A stretch of DNA of 64,000 bases from Obrimoposthia wandeli. Taxonomy: Eukaryota. The notes beneath the pieces were generated by a model. That model was given only the letters and a program-made list of their open reading frames with translations, was not told the origin of the DNA and did not search any database. The translations under genes and the position numbers were made by a program. The stretch spans positions 1-64,000 of the forward strand of contig CDROCS010001647.1 of assembly GCA_977020255.1 (NCBI GenBank), in the 5' to 3' direction. Of the stretch, positions 20,320-30,873 are shown in pieces (position 1 is the stretch's first letter; the number at the start of each line of letters is the position of its first letter).

Positions 20320-20481
20320 ATGAAAAACCTTGCTAAATTAGCTGTTGTTGCTTTCACTTTCACTATTCTTTCTGGCTGTACTGGTACAACTTACAACCAA
20401 GATAAAAGCTGTGGCGCAGACTACCTGATCCACCCAGCGATCTCTGTACCTGCAATGATCGGCGCATGTGACGCAAAATAA
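20320..20481 (+). CDS. yhfL: YhfL/DUF4223 small lipoprotein copy 1 (53 aa)
   Basis: MKNLAKLAVVAFTFTILSGCTGTTYNQDKSCGADYLIHPAISVPAMIGAC; matches the YhfL pattern CTG..N.DK.C..DYL.HPAIS...IG.C. Confidence 0.9.
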   Translation: MKNLAKLAVVAFTFTILSGCTGTTYNQDKSCGADYLIHPAISVPAMIGACDAK

Positions 20482-20572
20482 TTTTTATTACGGACATTAA
20501 TACGCTAAGCAGTATGCTTTATTGCTAATTTTAAATGTAATGATGACGTATATTGTTCGTGGTGATAATTTC

Positions 20573-20600
20573 AAAAAGGCTATCAATGGATAGCCTTTTT
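20573..20600 (+). terminator. Intrinsic terminator after yhfL copy 1
   Basis: AAAAAGGCTATC-N4-GATAGCCTTTTT. Confidence 0.8.
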
Positions 20601-20838
20601 ATTTGCCTGATGAAACCTGGCTATATAGCTAATAATTATATATAGACTGTTGAATATAAAAGAAATCATTATTTTTGTATGATATTCGTTCGGTTTGGTG
20701 TGCCGCGAAGGGGATAAAGACTTCATTAACACTTTAGTGATATTTTTTTTGAACTTTTATGGATATCTATAAATGAATGAGTTACATTAGCCGCGATAAT
20801 AATATTGCTTTAATATTATGAACTTATAGGGATTTATC

Positions 20839-21000
20839 ATGAAAAACTGCGTTAAATTAGCTGTTGTTGCTTTCACTTTTACTATTCTTTCTGGCTGTAC
20901 TGGTACTACTTACAACAAAGATCAAAGTTGTTCTGCAGACTACCTGATCCACCCAGCTATCTCTATCCCGACTATGATCGGTGCTTGTGAAGCAAAATAA
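20839..21000 (+). CDS. yhfL: YhfL/DUF4223 small lipoprotein copy 2 (53 aa)
   Basis: MKNCVKLAVVAFTFTILSGCTGTTYNKDQSCSADYLIHPAISIPTMIGACEAK*. Confidence 0.9.
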   Translation: MKNCVKLAVVAFTFTILSGCTGTTYNKDQSCSADYLIHPAISIPTMIGACEAK

Positions 21001-21038
21001 TAATTTTTGCGCGTATTCATACGTGTAAACATTATTTC

Positions 21039-21068
21039 AAAAAGGCTACTTATTCAGTAGCCTTTTTT
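21039..21068. terminator. Bidirectional terminator after yhfL copy 2
   Basis: AAAAAGGCTACT-N5-AGTAGCCTTTTTT. Confidence 0.8.
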
Positions 21069-21130
21069 AGTTTTAATTTCTGTTCAATATCACTAATTCA
21101 GTTAGTCTCAAATCCTAAGAAAAGCGCTAC

Positions 21131-21889
21131 CTAGAAAGCGTATAACAAGGTCATGTTCGTTTCTGTATCTGTGCTTTCTTTATTATCCAGCGGGGTATTG
21201 TTGTAACGTACTACCACTGCAAATTTCATTGCTAATGCGTCGATAATATTAGCGGTGATTGATGTTTCAGAACGCGCTTCAAAGACTTCGCCATACTCAC
21301 CGACGAACATCTGCTTGAATTTAGAGCTTGCTGATAGTTGTTTTTCAAAGTTCATTACACCGTAAGCCAGCCACGTATTGTCGGTATCGTAACCTGCTTC
21401 TGCGGCACTTTCGTCGTCTAAACGTTTAAATTTATAACCTGGACCCACTTCAATATTAAATTCAGTTTTATCAGTATTAATAAATTTATGACCGTAACCA
21501 GAAGAGATCGTTGTGGTCGAGGTAAAACCGGTAAAGGGGTCGACTTCATGGTTGGCGGTGGCAAAGATATAATTAACTGTAGATAGCTGATAGTTACCCT
21601 GTAGTCGTCCAAGGTAACGTTTACCTGTTACTTCACCAGTATCTTTTTTGTATAAAGCTTCAAGTAAATACTGGTTTTCCCAGTTACCCCAGTCGTGATC
21701 AATATCTAAACGTGCTTTTACTGACGTTGTCTCGGTATTACCCGTAGTGATTGTTGCGCCTAACTCGGCGTCGCCACTAAAACTATTTTTTTTCTCTGTT
21801 ACATCTGCCGTTACATCGACATCAGCCTGCGCTAGAAAAGGTTGTGCTATAAAAATCGCAAATACGATGAGTGCTTTATTCATTATCAT
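21131..21889 (-). CDS. DUF481/YdiY-family outer-membrane beta-barrel protein
   Basis: Signal peptide, FSGDAELGATITTGNTET, VEVGPGY-type strand (IEVGPGY), terminal aromatic LLYAF. Confidence 0.88.
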   Translation of the reverse strand: MIMNKALIVFAIFIAQPFLAQADVDVTADVTEKKNSFSGDAELGATITTGNTETTSVKARLDIDHDWGNWENQYLLEALYKKDTGEVTGKRYLGRLQGNYQLSTVNYIFATANHEVDPFTGFTSTTTISSGYGHKFINTDKTEFNIEVGPGYKFKRLDDESAAEAGYDTDNTWLAYGVMNFEKQLSASSKFKQMFVGEYGEVFEARSETSITANIIDALAMKFAVVVRYNNTPLDNKESTDTETNMTLLYAF

Positions 21890-22064
21890 TTACTCCGAAA
21901 AATTAATCCTTTAATACCGAGGTAATGGTTACATTTACTAAATTCAATAAGTTATAAGTATAAGCTAGACTTTTAATATCGCACGACTTTACTTGTACCT
22001 CAAACATAAAAAGGCTATAAAAACTAATCAGATAAAAAGTAATCAGATAAAAACTTGGTGGCAT

Positions 22065-22970
22065 ATGGATTTAAACTTACTTAAAACATTTGATGTGGTG
22101 ATGAAAACGCGCAGTGTGAATGAAGCAGCTAACACTTTGGGCATTACTGCTCCGGCGGTCAGTCATGCGTTAAATCGCTTGCGTGAACAATACCAAGACC
22201 GTTTATTCATTCGCCAGGGCCGAGGCATAGTACCAACCAGTTTTGCTTTGGAGTTACATGCCGAGATCCAAGCGCCTTTTGAGCTACTCATGAGTAGTGT
22301 TCGTTCTAATCAAACATTTAATCCCGCTGTTAGTCAGCGTACCTTTCGTATATCCAGCCACAAAGATATTGATTTACTTATCGTGCCGAAAATGAATAGT
22401 TATCGAGATTTAAACGCGCCGAATATACAGTTTCAAGCTGATATAGAGCACCTTAATGAAGAAGATCGACAAACTGATTTACGAACACGTAAAGTTGACT
22501 TTATTTTGGCGACTGTGCCTTTAAAAGATCAGGGTTATCATAATCACTTGTTGTTTGAACAAAAATTGGTTGTCGTGTGTTGCAAGAACCATCCTCGGAT
22601 TAAAGGTGAGCTTTCTAAAACGCAATTTTTTGCCGAGCGCCATTTAACATGGAGCACGCAAAGAATGAATAATGATATTCTGAGTTCATTATCCAGCGTT
22701 GATTTACCGCCGCGTGATACAGCTTATTCCAGTAGTTCGATTTGTACTGCGATCATGATGGCAGCGCAAACGGATTGGCTCTGTTTGTGTTCAGAATGGC
22801 ATGCACAAGCTATGTCGAAGCATCTTGAGATAGAGACATACCCATTACCTTTTGCATTAGATCGTCTGCCTATTTACATGACTTGGCATCATTCACAAGA
22901 AACCGATCGCGGTCATCAATGGCTAAAAGAAGCTATTATCGAATTAACTCGCGATTTTTCTTCAGTGTAA
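22065..22970 (+). CDS. LysR family regulator (LeuO/NodD type)
   Basis: MDLNLLKTFDVVM..RSVNEAA..LGITAPAVSHALNRLR; start set at ATG 22065. Confidence 0.95.
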   Translation: MDLNLLKTFDVVMKTRSVNEAANTLGITAPAVSHALNRLREQYQDRLFIRQGRGIVPTSFALELHAEIQAPFELLMSSVRSNQTFNPAVSQRTFRISSHKDIDLLIVPKMNSYRDLNAPNIQFQADIEHLNEEDRQTDLRTRKVDFILATVPLKDQGYHNHLLFEQKLVVVCCKNHPRIKGELSKTQFFAERHLTWSTQRMNNDILSSLSSVDLPPRDTAYSSSSICTAIMMAAQTDWLCLCSEWHAQAMSKHLEIETYPLPFALDRLPIYMTWHHSQETDRGHQWLKEAIIELTRDFSSV

Positions 22971-23134
22971 AATGCCATGTTAAAAATACTATGTTAAAAA
23001 TGCATGTCTGGATTGAATATAACTAAATCCACATTTCATCTTTACTCTATCGTTTAATTAATCCGCAACGAGCATACTCTCTCCATCGGCAGACATTGAC
23101 ACAGTCTCTGCCTAGTTAAATTGAGAGGTTCATT

Positions 23135-25102
23135 ATGTTATTCAAAAAATCGATTGTCTCGCTGGCGGTTTTAGCTACGTTAGCGCCAGTGCTGACAATG
23201 GCAGCACCTGTGACGGCCATTCAAAAAGATGCATCGGCATTTACTGTCCAGAGCAATGATCAACTAAAACAATATTTAGATTTTGATAATAAAGCCGACT
23301 TTGAAAGTGCATCACGTGGTTTTATTGCCACTTGGCCAGCAAAAACCATCACTAATGCACAAGGTAAAGTGGTTTGGGATTTTGGTAAGTTTGCTTTTAT
23401 TGACCAGGATAAAGAAACACAAACCATTAACCCATCGCTGCTGCGTCAAGCAAAGTTGAATAATATTAATGGCCTGTTTAAAGTAAAAGACGGTATCTAT
23501 CAGGTGCGCGGTTTTGATTTATCGGTAATGTCATTTATCCGTGGCGATGATGGCTGGGTTGTTATCGACCCATTGTTGTCACCTGATACATCTGCGGCGG
23601 GCTTAAAACTGTTACGTGAAAATGTGGAAGACCTGCCTGTTACTGGCGTTATTTTCACCCATTCTCATGCGGACCATTTTGGTGGCGTACTGGGTGTGAC
23701 GACACAAGCAGATATAGATGCTGGCGCGGTTGAAGTTGTCGCACCGGAAGCATTTTATAATAATTCGATAGCTGAGAACTTAATGGCTGGTACCACCATG
23801 TCGCGCCGTTCTTCATATATGTACGGCAATTTACTTGATGCGAATAGCAAAGGCATGGTTGATGGTGGGCTGGGTAAAACCACTTCATCTGGTAATTTAG
23901 GTATTGTGAAACCGACTGAGATTGCCAGTAAAACCGGTCAGGAAATGACGATTGATGGCGTCGATATTGAAGTGATGATGGCGCAAGATTCTGAAGCACC
24001 GTCAGAGTTTATGTTTTATTTCCCAGAGCATAAGACCCTGATGGCAGCGGAAGTGATGACGCACACCATTCATAATATTTCCACATTACGTGGTGCTAAG
24101 ACCCGTGATGCTTCAGCCTGGTCTGAATATGTTGACCAAGCGCTGATTGCTTATGGTGATAAAGCGGATACCATGATTGCGTCACATCATTGGCCTACTT
24201 GGGGTCAAGATAAGATCCAACAACAGTTAGAAAAAACCCGTGATATGTATAAATTTGTTCATGACCAAACGCTACGTTTGGCAAACAAAGGTTATACCCC
24301 GAATGAGATCTCTGCATCGATTAATTTACCTGAATCACTCGGTAAAGAGTGGTACAACCGTGGCTACTACGGCACTGTATCTCATAACTCACGTGCTACT
24401 TACGATTACTACTTCGGCGCATGGTGGGACGGTAATCCAGCAAACCTTAATCCTCTAACACCGACAGAGCAAGGTACTAAGTATGTTGCGGCTATGGGTG
24501 GGCAGGATAAGGTGATTGAGCTTGCTGAGGTAGCTATCGACAAAGGTGAATACCGCTGGGCTGTGACCTTGTTGAATAATGTGACTTTTGCGTTCCCTGA
24601 AAATATGGATGCGCGTTATCTGGAAGCGGATGCCATGGAACAATTAGGTTACCAAGCTGAATCTGGTCCTTGGCGCAATTATTACTTAGGCGGCGCGAAA
24701 GAGTTACGTGATGGTATTAAACCGGTTGATACACCAAATACCGCGTTAATTGCCGTTAATATGCCATTTGAACAGTTCATGAATTACTTGGGCGTGACAG
24801 TAAAACCTGACGTTGCTAAAAACATTGATATGCAAGTCAACATTGATGTTGAAGGTGATGGTCTGTATTCAATGGAACTCAGTAATTCTGTGCTTAAATC
24901 TTATAGCGAATCACAATTTGAGAATGCTGATTTGACGATCAAAATGACGCGTCAAGGTTTCGAAGATTTACTCGTGAAGAAAGCCACCTTACAAGATGAA
25001 ATGCAAGCGGGATCATTTGCGGTATCAGACCAAGCTAAGTTTAAACAACTGATGTCTGTGTTTGATAAATTCAATCTTTGGTTCGGGGTTGTGACACCGT
25101 AA
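23135..25102 (+). CDS. Secreted alkyl/aryl sulfatase (SdsA1/YjcS family, MBL fold)
   Basis: THSHADHFGG zinc motif, HNISTLRGAKTRD, SHHWP, RGYYG, AMEQLGYQAESGPWRNYYL, C-terminal SCP2-like domain. Confidence 0.95.
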   Translation: MLFKKSIVSLAVLATLAPVLTMAAPVTAIQKDASAFTVQSNDQLKQYLDFDNKADFESASRGFIATWPAKTITNAQGKVVWDFGKFAFIDQDKETQTINPSLLRQAKLNNINGLFKVKDGIYQVRGFDLSVMSFIRGDDGWVVIDPLLSPDTSAAGLKLLRENVEDLPVTGVIFTHSHADHFGGVLGVTTQADIDAGAVEVVAPEAFYNNSIAENLMAGTTMSRRSSYMYGNLLDANSKGMVDGGLGKTTSSGNLGIVKPTEIASKTGQEMTIDGVDIEVMMAQDSEAPSEFMFYFPEHKTLMAAEVMTHTIHNISTLRGAKTRDASAWSEYVDQALIAYGDKADTMIASHHWPTWGQDKIQQQLEKTRDMYKFVHDQTLRLANKGYTPNEISASINLPESLGKEWYNRGYYGTVSHNSRATYDYYFGAWWDGNPANLNPLTPTEQGTKYVAAMGGQDKVIELAEVAIDKGEYRWAVTLLNNVTFAFPENMDARYLEADAMEQLGYQAESGPWRNYYLGGAKELRDGIKPVDTPNTALIAVNMPFEQFMNYLGVTVKPDVAKNIDMQVNIDVEGDGLYSMELSNSVLKSYSESQFENADLTIKMTRQGFEDLLVKKATLQDEMQAGSFAVSDQAKFKQLMSVFDKFNLWFGVVTP

Positions 25103-25132
25103 TTCTTAGCATTGTTCGACCATGTATATTTT

Positions 25133-25206
25133 TATCGGTATCGGTATCGGTATCGCTATCGGTCAATAAGAAATAAGAAATAAGAAATAAGAAATAAGAA
25201 ATAAGA
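25133..25206. repeat. Adjacent tandem repeats (TATCGG)x5 and (AATAAGA)x6
   Basis: Read directly; downstream of the sulfatase stop and upstream of its terminator hairpin. Confidence 0.95.
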
Positions 25207-25427
25207 AATAATAAGCCCATTTAACGAATCAAGTTGATGGGCTTTTTTGTATAAAAAAAAGTATGTGTTATGCGATTTAGAGACGTTTACGATGAACAAA
25301 CGCAAGTTAGGACATGTCTGATCCGTTAGCTGTGTATACACAAGGCGGAGTCGGGGGAATGTGGCAGATGTCGTATCGATTTAAATTTATCATTTAGCCT
25401 TCTCAGGCTAAATGAGTCGGCATTGAA

Positions 25428-25730
25428 TTATGCTAATTCAGGCCCTAAACGTAGACGTGCTTCATAGTCGTCGTAGTAATCTCTTTCAGCTAATAAAACG
25501 GTTAGTTTGTCTAATGTGAAGTCTTGATTATTCATGCCATTTTCTAAGCGTTGTAGGCAATGATCAATCGCTGTCTGCTCGTCTTGCTCTAAATATTCAC
25601 GGCAAAAGTACAGTGGTGGTAAGCCATAAGCAAATGACGTTAATTGGGCAATGTGCATCGCATCGAGTGATTGTGTTAATTGTGCGATAGAAATGTTAGC
25701 AGTTGACTGATTTTGACAGGTATTTGACAT
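25428..25730 (-). CDS. Hypothetical protein (100 aa)
   Basis: Standalone ORF with normal composition (LDAMHIAQLTSFAYGLPPLYFCREYL...YEARLRLGPE); function not recognised. Confidence 0.75.
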   Translation of the reverse strand: MSNTCQNQSTANISIAQLTQSLDAMHIAQLTSFAYGLPPLYFCREYLEQDEQTAIDHCLQRLENGMNNQDFTLDKLTVLLAERDYYDDYEARLRLGPELA

Positions 25731-25906
25731 TGAAAGCGCTCATATAAGAAAGACCTAAATATACTACAGCAAAATTATTTTTATTACTGAGCTTATTCAG
25801 TATAAATTTAATGATTTCTGCTGTAGTAGCTTCAGTTTATGCAATCAAGCTCTGAGAAGCATACAAAAGGCTTATACGTGCGCTAATACGGGCATCCTGT
25901 GGTGGG

Positions 25907-28534
25907 TCAGCGTATTATATCGCCACTGTCTAGCCATTGCTGGTTGGGAATATAACTGTGTAACCAGTTTGGCAGATCTGCTGCCGGCATCGGCCGTGCA
26001 ATGCCATAACCCTGGGCGGCATAACAACCCATTTCAATTAGCATTAACCCGTGCGCTGTTGTTTCAACCCCTTCGGCAATGACGTCTCGATTAAAAGATA
26101 GTGCTAGCGCAAGTACGCCGTTGATGATGGCATAGTCATCAGATTCTTCTAGCATGTTTTTGACAAAGCTCTGATCTATTTTAATGGTACTTGCAGGTAA
26201 ATCCTTGAGGTGAGTCAGTGATGAATAACCAGTACCAAAATCATCGAGGGCGATATTCACGCCAAACTTATCACGGCAAGTATTGAGAATGCCACGAATG
26301 GTATTGAGATCTGTTAGCGCGCCGCTTTCTAATATTTCTAATTGTAAATATTTGGCATCAAAGTCAGGGTAGCTTGCTAATGCATTTTCCAATTGAGTTA
26401 AAAAGGCTGATGAGATCAAATGATAACAAGCAATGTTGACACTCACTTCAAGAAAAATACCTTGTTGTTGCCATGTAACTGTTTGTTTTAGGGCTTGGTT
26501 TATGACCCAGTCACCGATTTGAATTTCTAATTCACAACATTCAATAATCGGTAAGAAATCGTTTGGGGGGATCATGCCTTTTTCTGGGTGTAACCAGCGG
26601 ATCAAGGCTTCAACACCATACACTTCGCCTGTCTTCATATTTATTTTTGGTTGGTAATATAAAGTAAACTCGTTATTCGCTAAGGCTTGTTGTATTTCAT
26701 CAAGCTGCTGGTTTTTTTGGGATTTTTGTTTATCTTGCTCTGGGTTAAATAAATGAAAGCGATTCTTACCAGCGAGTTTAGCTTGGTACATAGAGTAATC
26801 AGCGTGACGTAATAAAGTATCTAGATCCGCATTATTATCTGGGTACAAGGTGAAGCCTATCGATGCGCTGATATTAAACGTATTCCCCGCTATAAGATAA
26901 GGCAGGGCAAGGGCATTATTAATGCGTCCTAATATTTCTTGGCAGTGGGTCAGAGATTTAATGTCTCCTAATAAGACGACGAACTCATCTCCACCTTGGC
27001 GTGACGCGGTATCTTGAACATCAATATTGAGGCTTAGGCGTTGTGCTACCTCGATAAGTAATTGATCGCCAATATCATGACCATAGCGATCATTTACTGG
27101 CTTGAAGTTGTCCAAATCAAGAAAGCATACCGCAAGCATACTACCGGATTGTTGGCTGTGAACAGTACCTAACTTGAAACGCTCTGCCAGTAATGAACGA
27201 TTGGGTAATTTGGTGAGCATGTCGTAATGTGCCATTAACTCGAGCTTTTGTTGCTGTTGTTTACGCTGTGATACATCGGTATGTACACCTGTGCACCAAA
27301 GCGGCTGCTGCTGATCATTCCATGCGGTGAATTCGCCGGTGGTTTGGATCCATAACCAATGTCCCTCTTTACTTTTTCTTCTGTATTCGAATTCAAACGA
27401 TACGCCCTTGTGCAAGGCTTGTTGATATTTACGTGAAGCAGATTCAAGATCATCGGGATGAATGCTTTGTAGCCAAAATTTTAAGGTCGTTTGCATGTCG
27501 GTTGCTGCATAGCCCGCCATTTTTCCGGTTTGACCACCAAATGAAATGTCACCGCTTTGTACGTTAAGTTCAAACCAGATTTGACCGGCCGAGGTTAATG
27601 CTAGGTTTAAGCGTTTTAAATTATCGTCTAACTCTTTCGTGCGCGCCGTGACAAGATTTTTAAGCCCGGCTTTATCGTCTCTTATCTGTAATATTGAAAC
27701 AGCAGAAAAGGTGACTAATATGGTAAATACGATCCCCAGTAGCGACATGATTAACAATGAAGTGTAGTGAGCGCAGGCATTACTGTGCGATACCTTTAAC
27801 ACCCAAGTCACGTTAGCAATGTTGACCGTATTTATAATGGGATCGGCTGATAATAATTGAGGTGAGGCTATTAAAATTTGTGTTTCACCGGTATCGGGGT
27901 GCACACGAGATAATTGATAGGATAATCCAGCATCGCTTAAAGCTGTTAGTTTTACAGACGTAATTACATCAGGAAAACGCAGTAATACCGTGGCGAATCC
28001 CCAGAAATATACCTCACCGCTTGGACGATCTAAATATATTGGTAAGCGTCCTGCTGCCCCATAACCACCCTGTACTAAATCAAAAGGGCCTGCCAAGGTT
28101 AATTTACCGCTATTTTTGGTGGCGACAGATTCTTTATTTCTATTTGGCGCAGTCAATAAGTTGTGTCCAAGCGCGCCTTCGTTACCTGCTAGCGGTGCTG
28201 TATAGCGAATTATACCTCCCGGAGCAAGTTGCAACGCGGCGATATTGGGATAGAAGGGCAGCATTTCAGTGGCGAACTGGCTGAATTCATCAGCACTTAT
28301 TTGTTCTTTTTTAACGAGGGCTGCTAATGGGAATGTCGCTGATAATGCTTGGTTGATCGTACTCTCAATAAGGTTGACATAAATATGCGATAAATTTTGA
28401 ATAGCTAAGCGTTCTTTCTGATGTTGGTAGCTGTAAATCGAGTAGACAGCAATAGCAGATAGCGCGATCGACACTGTAAAGATCAGTTGTATAACGATAG
28501 ATGTCTGTAATTTTTTTAACATGGAATGCTTCAA
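25907..28534 (-). CDS. CHASE-PAS-GGDEF-EAL c-di-GMP signalling protein
   Basis: TM-CHASE-TM (LAGPFDLVQGG), PAS (HPDD, YRRKSKEGHWLWI), GGDEF intact, EAL and DDFGTGYSS intact. Confidence 0.95.
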   Translation of the reverse strand: MKHSMLKKLQTSIVIQLIFTVSIALSAIAVYSIYSYQHQKERLAIQNLSHIYVNLIESTINQALSATFPLAALVKKEQISADEFSQFATEMLPFYPNIAALQLAPGGIIRYTAPLAGNEGALGHNLLTAPNRNKESVATKNSGKLTLAGPFDLVQGGYGAAGRLPIYLDRPSGEVYFWGFATVLLRFPDVITSVKLTALSDAGLSYQLSRVHPDTGETQILIASPQLLSADPIINTVNIANVTWVLKVSHSNACAHYTSLLIMSLLGIVFTILVTFSAVSILQIRDDKAGLKNLVTARTKELDDNLKRLNLALTSAGQIWFELNVQSGDISFGGQTGKMAGYAATDMQTTLKFWLQSIHPDDLESASRKYQQALHKGVSFEFEYRRKSKEGHWLWIQTTGEFTAWNDQQQPLWCTGVHTDVSQRKQQQQKLELMAHYDMLTKLPNRSLLAERFKLGTVHSQQSGSMLAVCFLDLDNFKPVNDRYGHDIGDQLLIEVAQRLSLNIDVQDTASRQGGDEFVVLLGDIKSLTHCQEILGRINNALALPYLIAGNTFNISASIGFTLYPDNNADLDTLLRHADYSMYQAKLAGKNRFHLFNPEQDKQKSQKNQQLDEIQQALANNEFTLYYQPKINMKTGEVYGVEALIRWLHPEKGMIPPNDFLPIIECCELEIQIGDWVINQALKQTVTWQQQGIFLEVSVNIACYHLISSAFLTQLENALASYPDFDAKYLQLEILESGALTDLNTIRGILNTCRDKFGVNIALDDFGTGYSSLTHLKDLPASTIKIDQSFVKNMLEESDDYAIINGVLALALSFNRDVIAEGVETTAHGLMLIEMGCYAAQGYGIARPMPAADLPNWLHSYIPNQQWLDSGDIIR

Positions 28535-29105
28535 GGTGTGTGACGCCTATTTTGTTATACAACTTGATTGACCCCGCTTGATCGGGGATAAATACTATTA
28601 ATAACATTATGCTGAAGGACGGGATATATACATTAAGTATAATTTATTTGTTTGATTCTTGCCTGCAACGACCGTGTTATAGACCTGTTATCTTGCTCGA
28701 ACTTGCCATTATCTTATTCATCAATGCGGTAGTGCTGAGATTTGCAGTGTTGTGAGCTAACTTTAAGTGTGGTCGCCACATTATAATTATTTGTATAAAT
28801 TTGAGGTGTTTGTGAGTTGTATCACTAACAGTCTGTTACTCGTGGTGTTTTTAATACTGATCCCACTGTGTTCACTGCAAATACTAAAATGTTGGTAATA
28901 AAACGAAGGTTATATGCTGGTTATTATTAAATTTTTGACGCAGAGCTTGTTTTTACTCATTTGTGGTTAATTAAGATCGTTTTAATTGATCGGTTCGTGT
29001 AAATAAATACCTAATATGTGCTTTAATTACAATTCGATATAAAGTTATTTTCGATTTAGCCGATAGCTTTATTTATCCATAATTTTATTTATAGAAGTGC
29101 TGTTA

Positions 29106-30728
29106 ATGAATTTAAAAACACAATCATATTTACTTGCCGGAATCATATTATCAGCACTTGTCGCGATTACTGCTGTGGGTCTATGGACGCTTAAAGCATC
29201 AAGTACTGCGGATAATAAATCGCGGGTAACGGAAGTTTTTCAAACGACTTATAACTTTATTACTGAAATGGAAAAGATGGTGGCGGCTGGAGAGTTAGAA
29301 GAAACTCAAGCTAAAGGCATTGCTATTCGTGTACTGCAAAATAATATTTATAAAGATAATGAATATGTGTACGTCGCAGATGAAAACTTAATGTTTCTTG
29401 CTGCGCCTTTGGACCCACAATTACACGGTACCAGCTTTAATGATTTTAAAGACAGTGAAGGTAAAAGTGTTGGCCAGATCTTACAAAATGCAGTGAATCG
29501 TCAAGGTAACAAACTTGCCGAATATACTTGGACGCAAAGACTGCCTGATGGTTCTATTGAAGAGAAACATTCTATCGCTGAAAGAACCGTGCGTTGGGGT
29601 TGGATCGTGGGCACGGGCATTGGTGAAAATGAAGTTAATGCGCGTTTTTGGTCAAGTGCCCAGTGGCAGTTCGGTCTATGCTTTGTGGTGGCGAGTTTGA
29701 TTTTTGGACTGTTAATGACGGCAATCAAACGCATGATTGCGATTATTGGTGGTGAACCGAGTGATGTATTAGCGGCTATACAAGCTGTTGCGGATGGTAA
29801 AATCAGTACATCATTTAATGAGTCGGCACCAAGAAATAGTATTTATGGCGCAGTACAAACAATGAGTATGTCTTTAGGTGAGTTAGTTCAGCATCTAGGC
29901 AAGGCGATGAACGCACTAAGCTCAGAGTTACACGATGTGGATTCACGAGCTAAACAAATGAGTGAATTGACTGAAACACAACGACAGTCAACGGTGATGA
30001 TCGCAACAGCGATGACCGAAATGGCTGAATCGGCGAATGGTGTTGCAGATTCTGCTCAAGCTACTGCGCAGAATACTCTTGATGCTGATAAGCAAAGTGT
30101 CGATACCCACAATTTAATTAATTCGACGGTGAATAATATTCAAGGACTTGCTGATCAGTTACACACGGCTAGTTCTGCGGTATCTTCATTAGATAGCGAT
30201 GTACATAACATCACTAAGATATTAGATGTGATTGGTGACATTGCCGAGCAAACGAACTTGTTGGCATTGAATGCTGCGATTGAAGCTGCGCGAGCAGGCG
30301 AACAGGGTCGCGGTTTTGCAGTTGTTGCTGACGAGGTACGTAACTTAGCTGGGCGCACACAAAATTGTACGAAAGAAATTCAGCAAATGGTAACGAATCT
30401 GCAAACTGGTTCTCGTAATGCGATTTCAACCATGGATATTTGTGCTGACACCAGTGCAAGTACAGTGACTGAATCACAACATGCATCGGCAGCACTCGCG
30501 CAAATTGTTACCGCACTAGAAACTATTTCATCAATGAGCCACGAAATTGCTACCGCAGCAGAGCAACAAAAAGTCGTTGGTGAAGACATTGCCATGCAGG
30601 TCAACATGATTGAACAGAGCAGCTGCCAATTATCTACAACGGTATCAGAGGGCGCTGAAAGTTCACAAAGCCTAGTGAGACTAACGGCAGATTTAGCCAG
30701 CTGGTTGAATAAATTTCAAGTTAAATAA
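29106..30728 (+). CDS. Methyl-accepting chemotaxis protein with Cache sensor domain
   Basis: Periplasmic Cache-like domain between two TMs; [34 protein letters not shown]. Confidence 0.97.
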   Translation: MNLKTQSYLLAGIILSALVAITAVGLWTLKASSTADNKSRVTEVFQTTYNFITEMEKMVAAGELEETQAKGIAIRVLQNNIYKDNEYVYVADENLMFLAAPLDPQLHGTSFNDFKDSEGKSVGQILQNAVNRQGNKLAEYTWTQRLPDGSIEEKHSIAERTVRWGWIVGTGIGENEVNARFWSSAQWQFGLCFVVASLIFGLLMTAIKRMIAIIGGEPSDVLAAIQAVADGKISTSFNESAPRNSIYGAVQTMSMSLGELVQHLGKAMNALSSELHDVDSRAKQMSELTETQRQSTVMIATAMTEMAESANGVADSAQATAQNTLDADKQSVDTHNLINSTVNNIQGLADQLHTASSAVSSLDSDVHNITKILDVIGDIAEQTNLLALNAAIEAARAGEQGRGFAVVADEVRNLAGRTQNCTKEIQQMVTNLQTGSRNAISTMDICADTSASTVTESQHASAALAQIVTALETISSMSHEIATAAEQQKVVGEDIAMQVNMIEQSSCQLSTTVSEGAESSQSLVRLTADLASWLNKFQVK

Positions 30729-30780
30729 TTTAACTTAATTCAGCTTAATACGGCGCTGAAAGGTGCTAAGTTGGCAGACT

Positions 30781-30821
30781 AAAAATCCAGTATGTAATTA
30801 ATTTTGCTGCTGGATTTTTTT
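30781..30821. terminator. Hairpin terminator between convergent MCP and LysR
   Basis: AAAAATCCAG...CTGGATTTTTTT. Confidence 0.7.
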
Positions 30822-30873
30822 ATGTCTTCGTTGTAACCACTGAAAGCCGTTATTTTAATAATAAATAATCACA

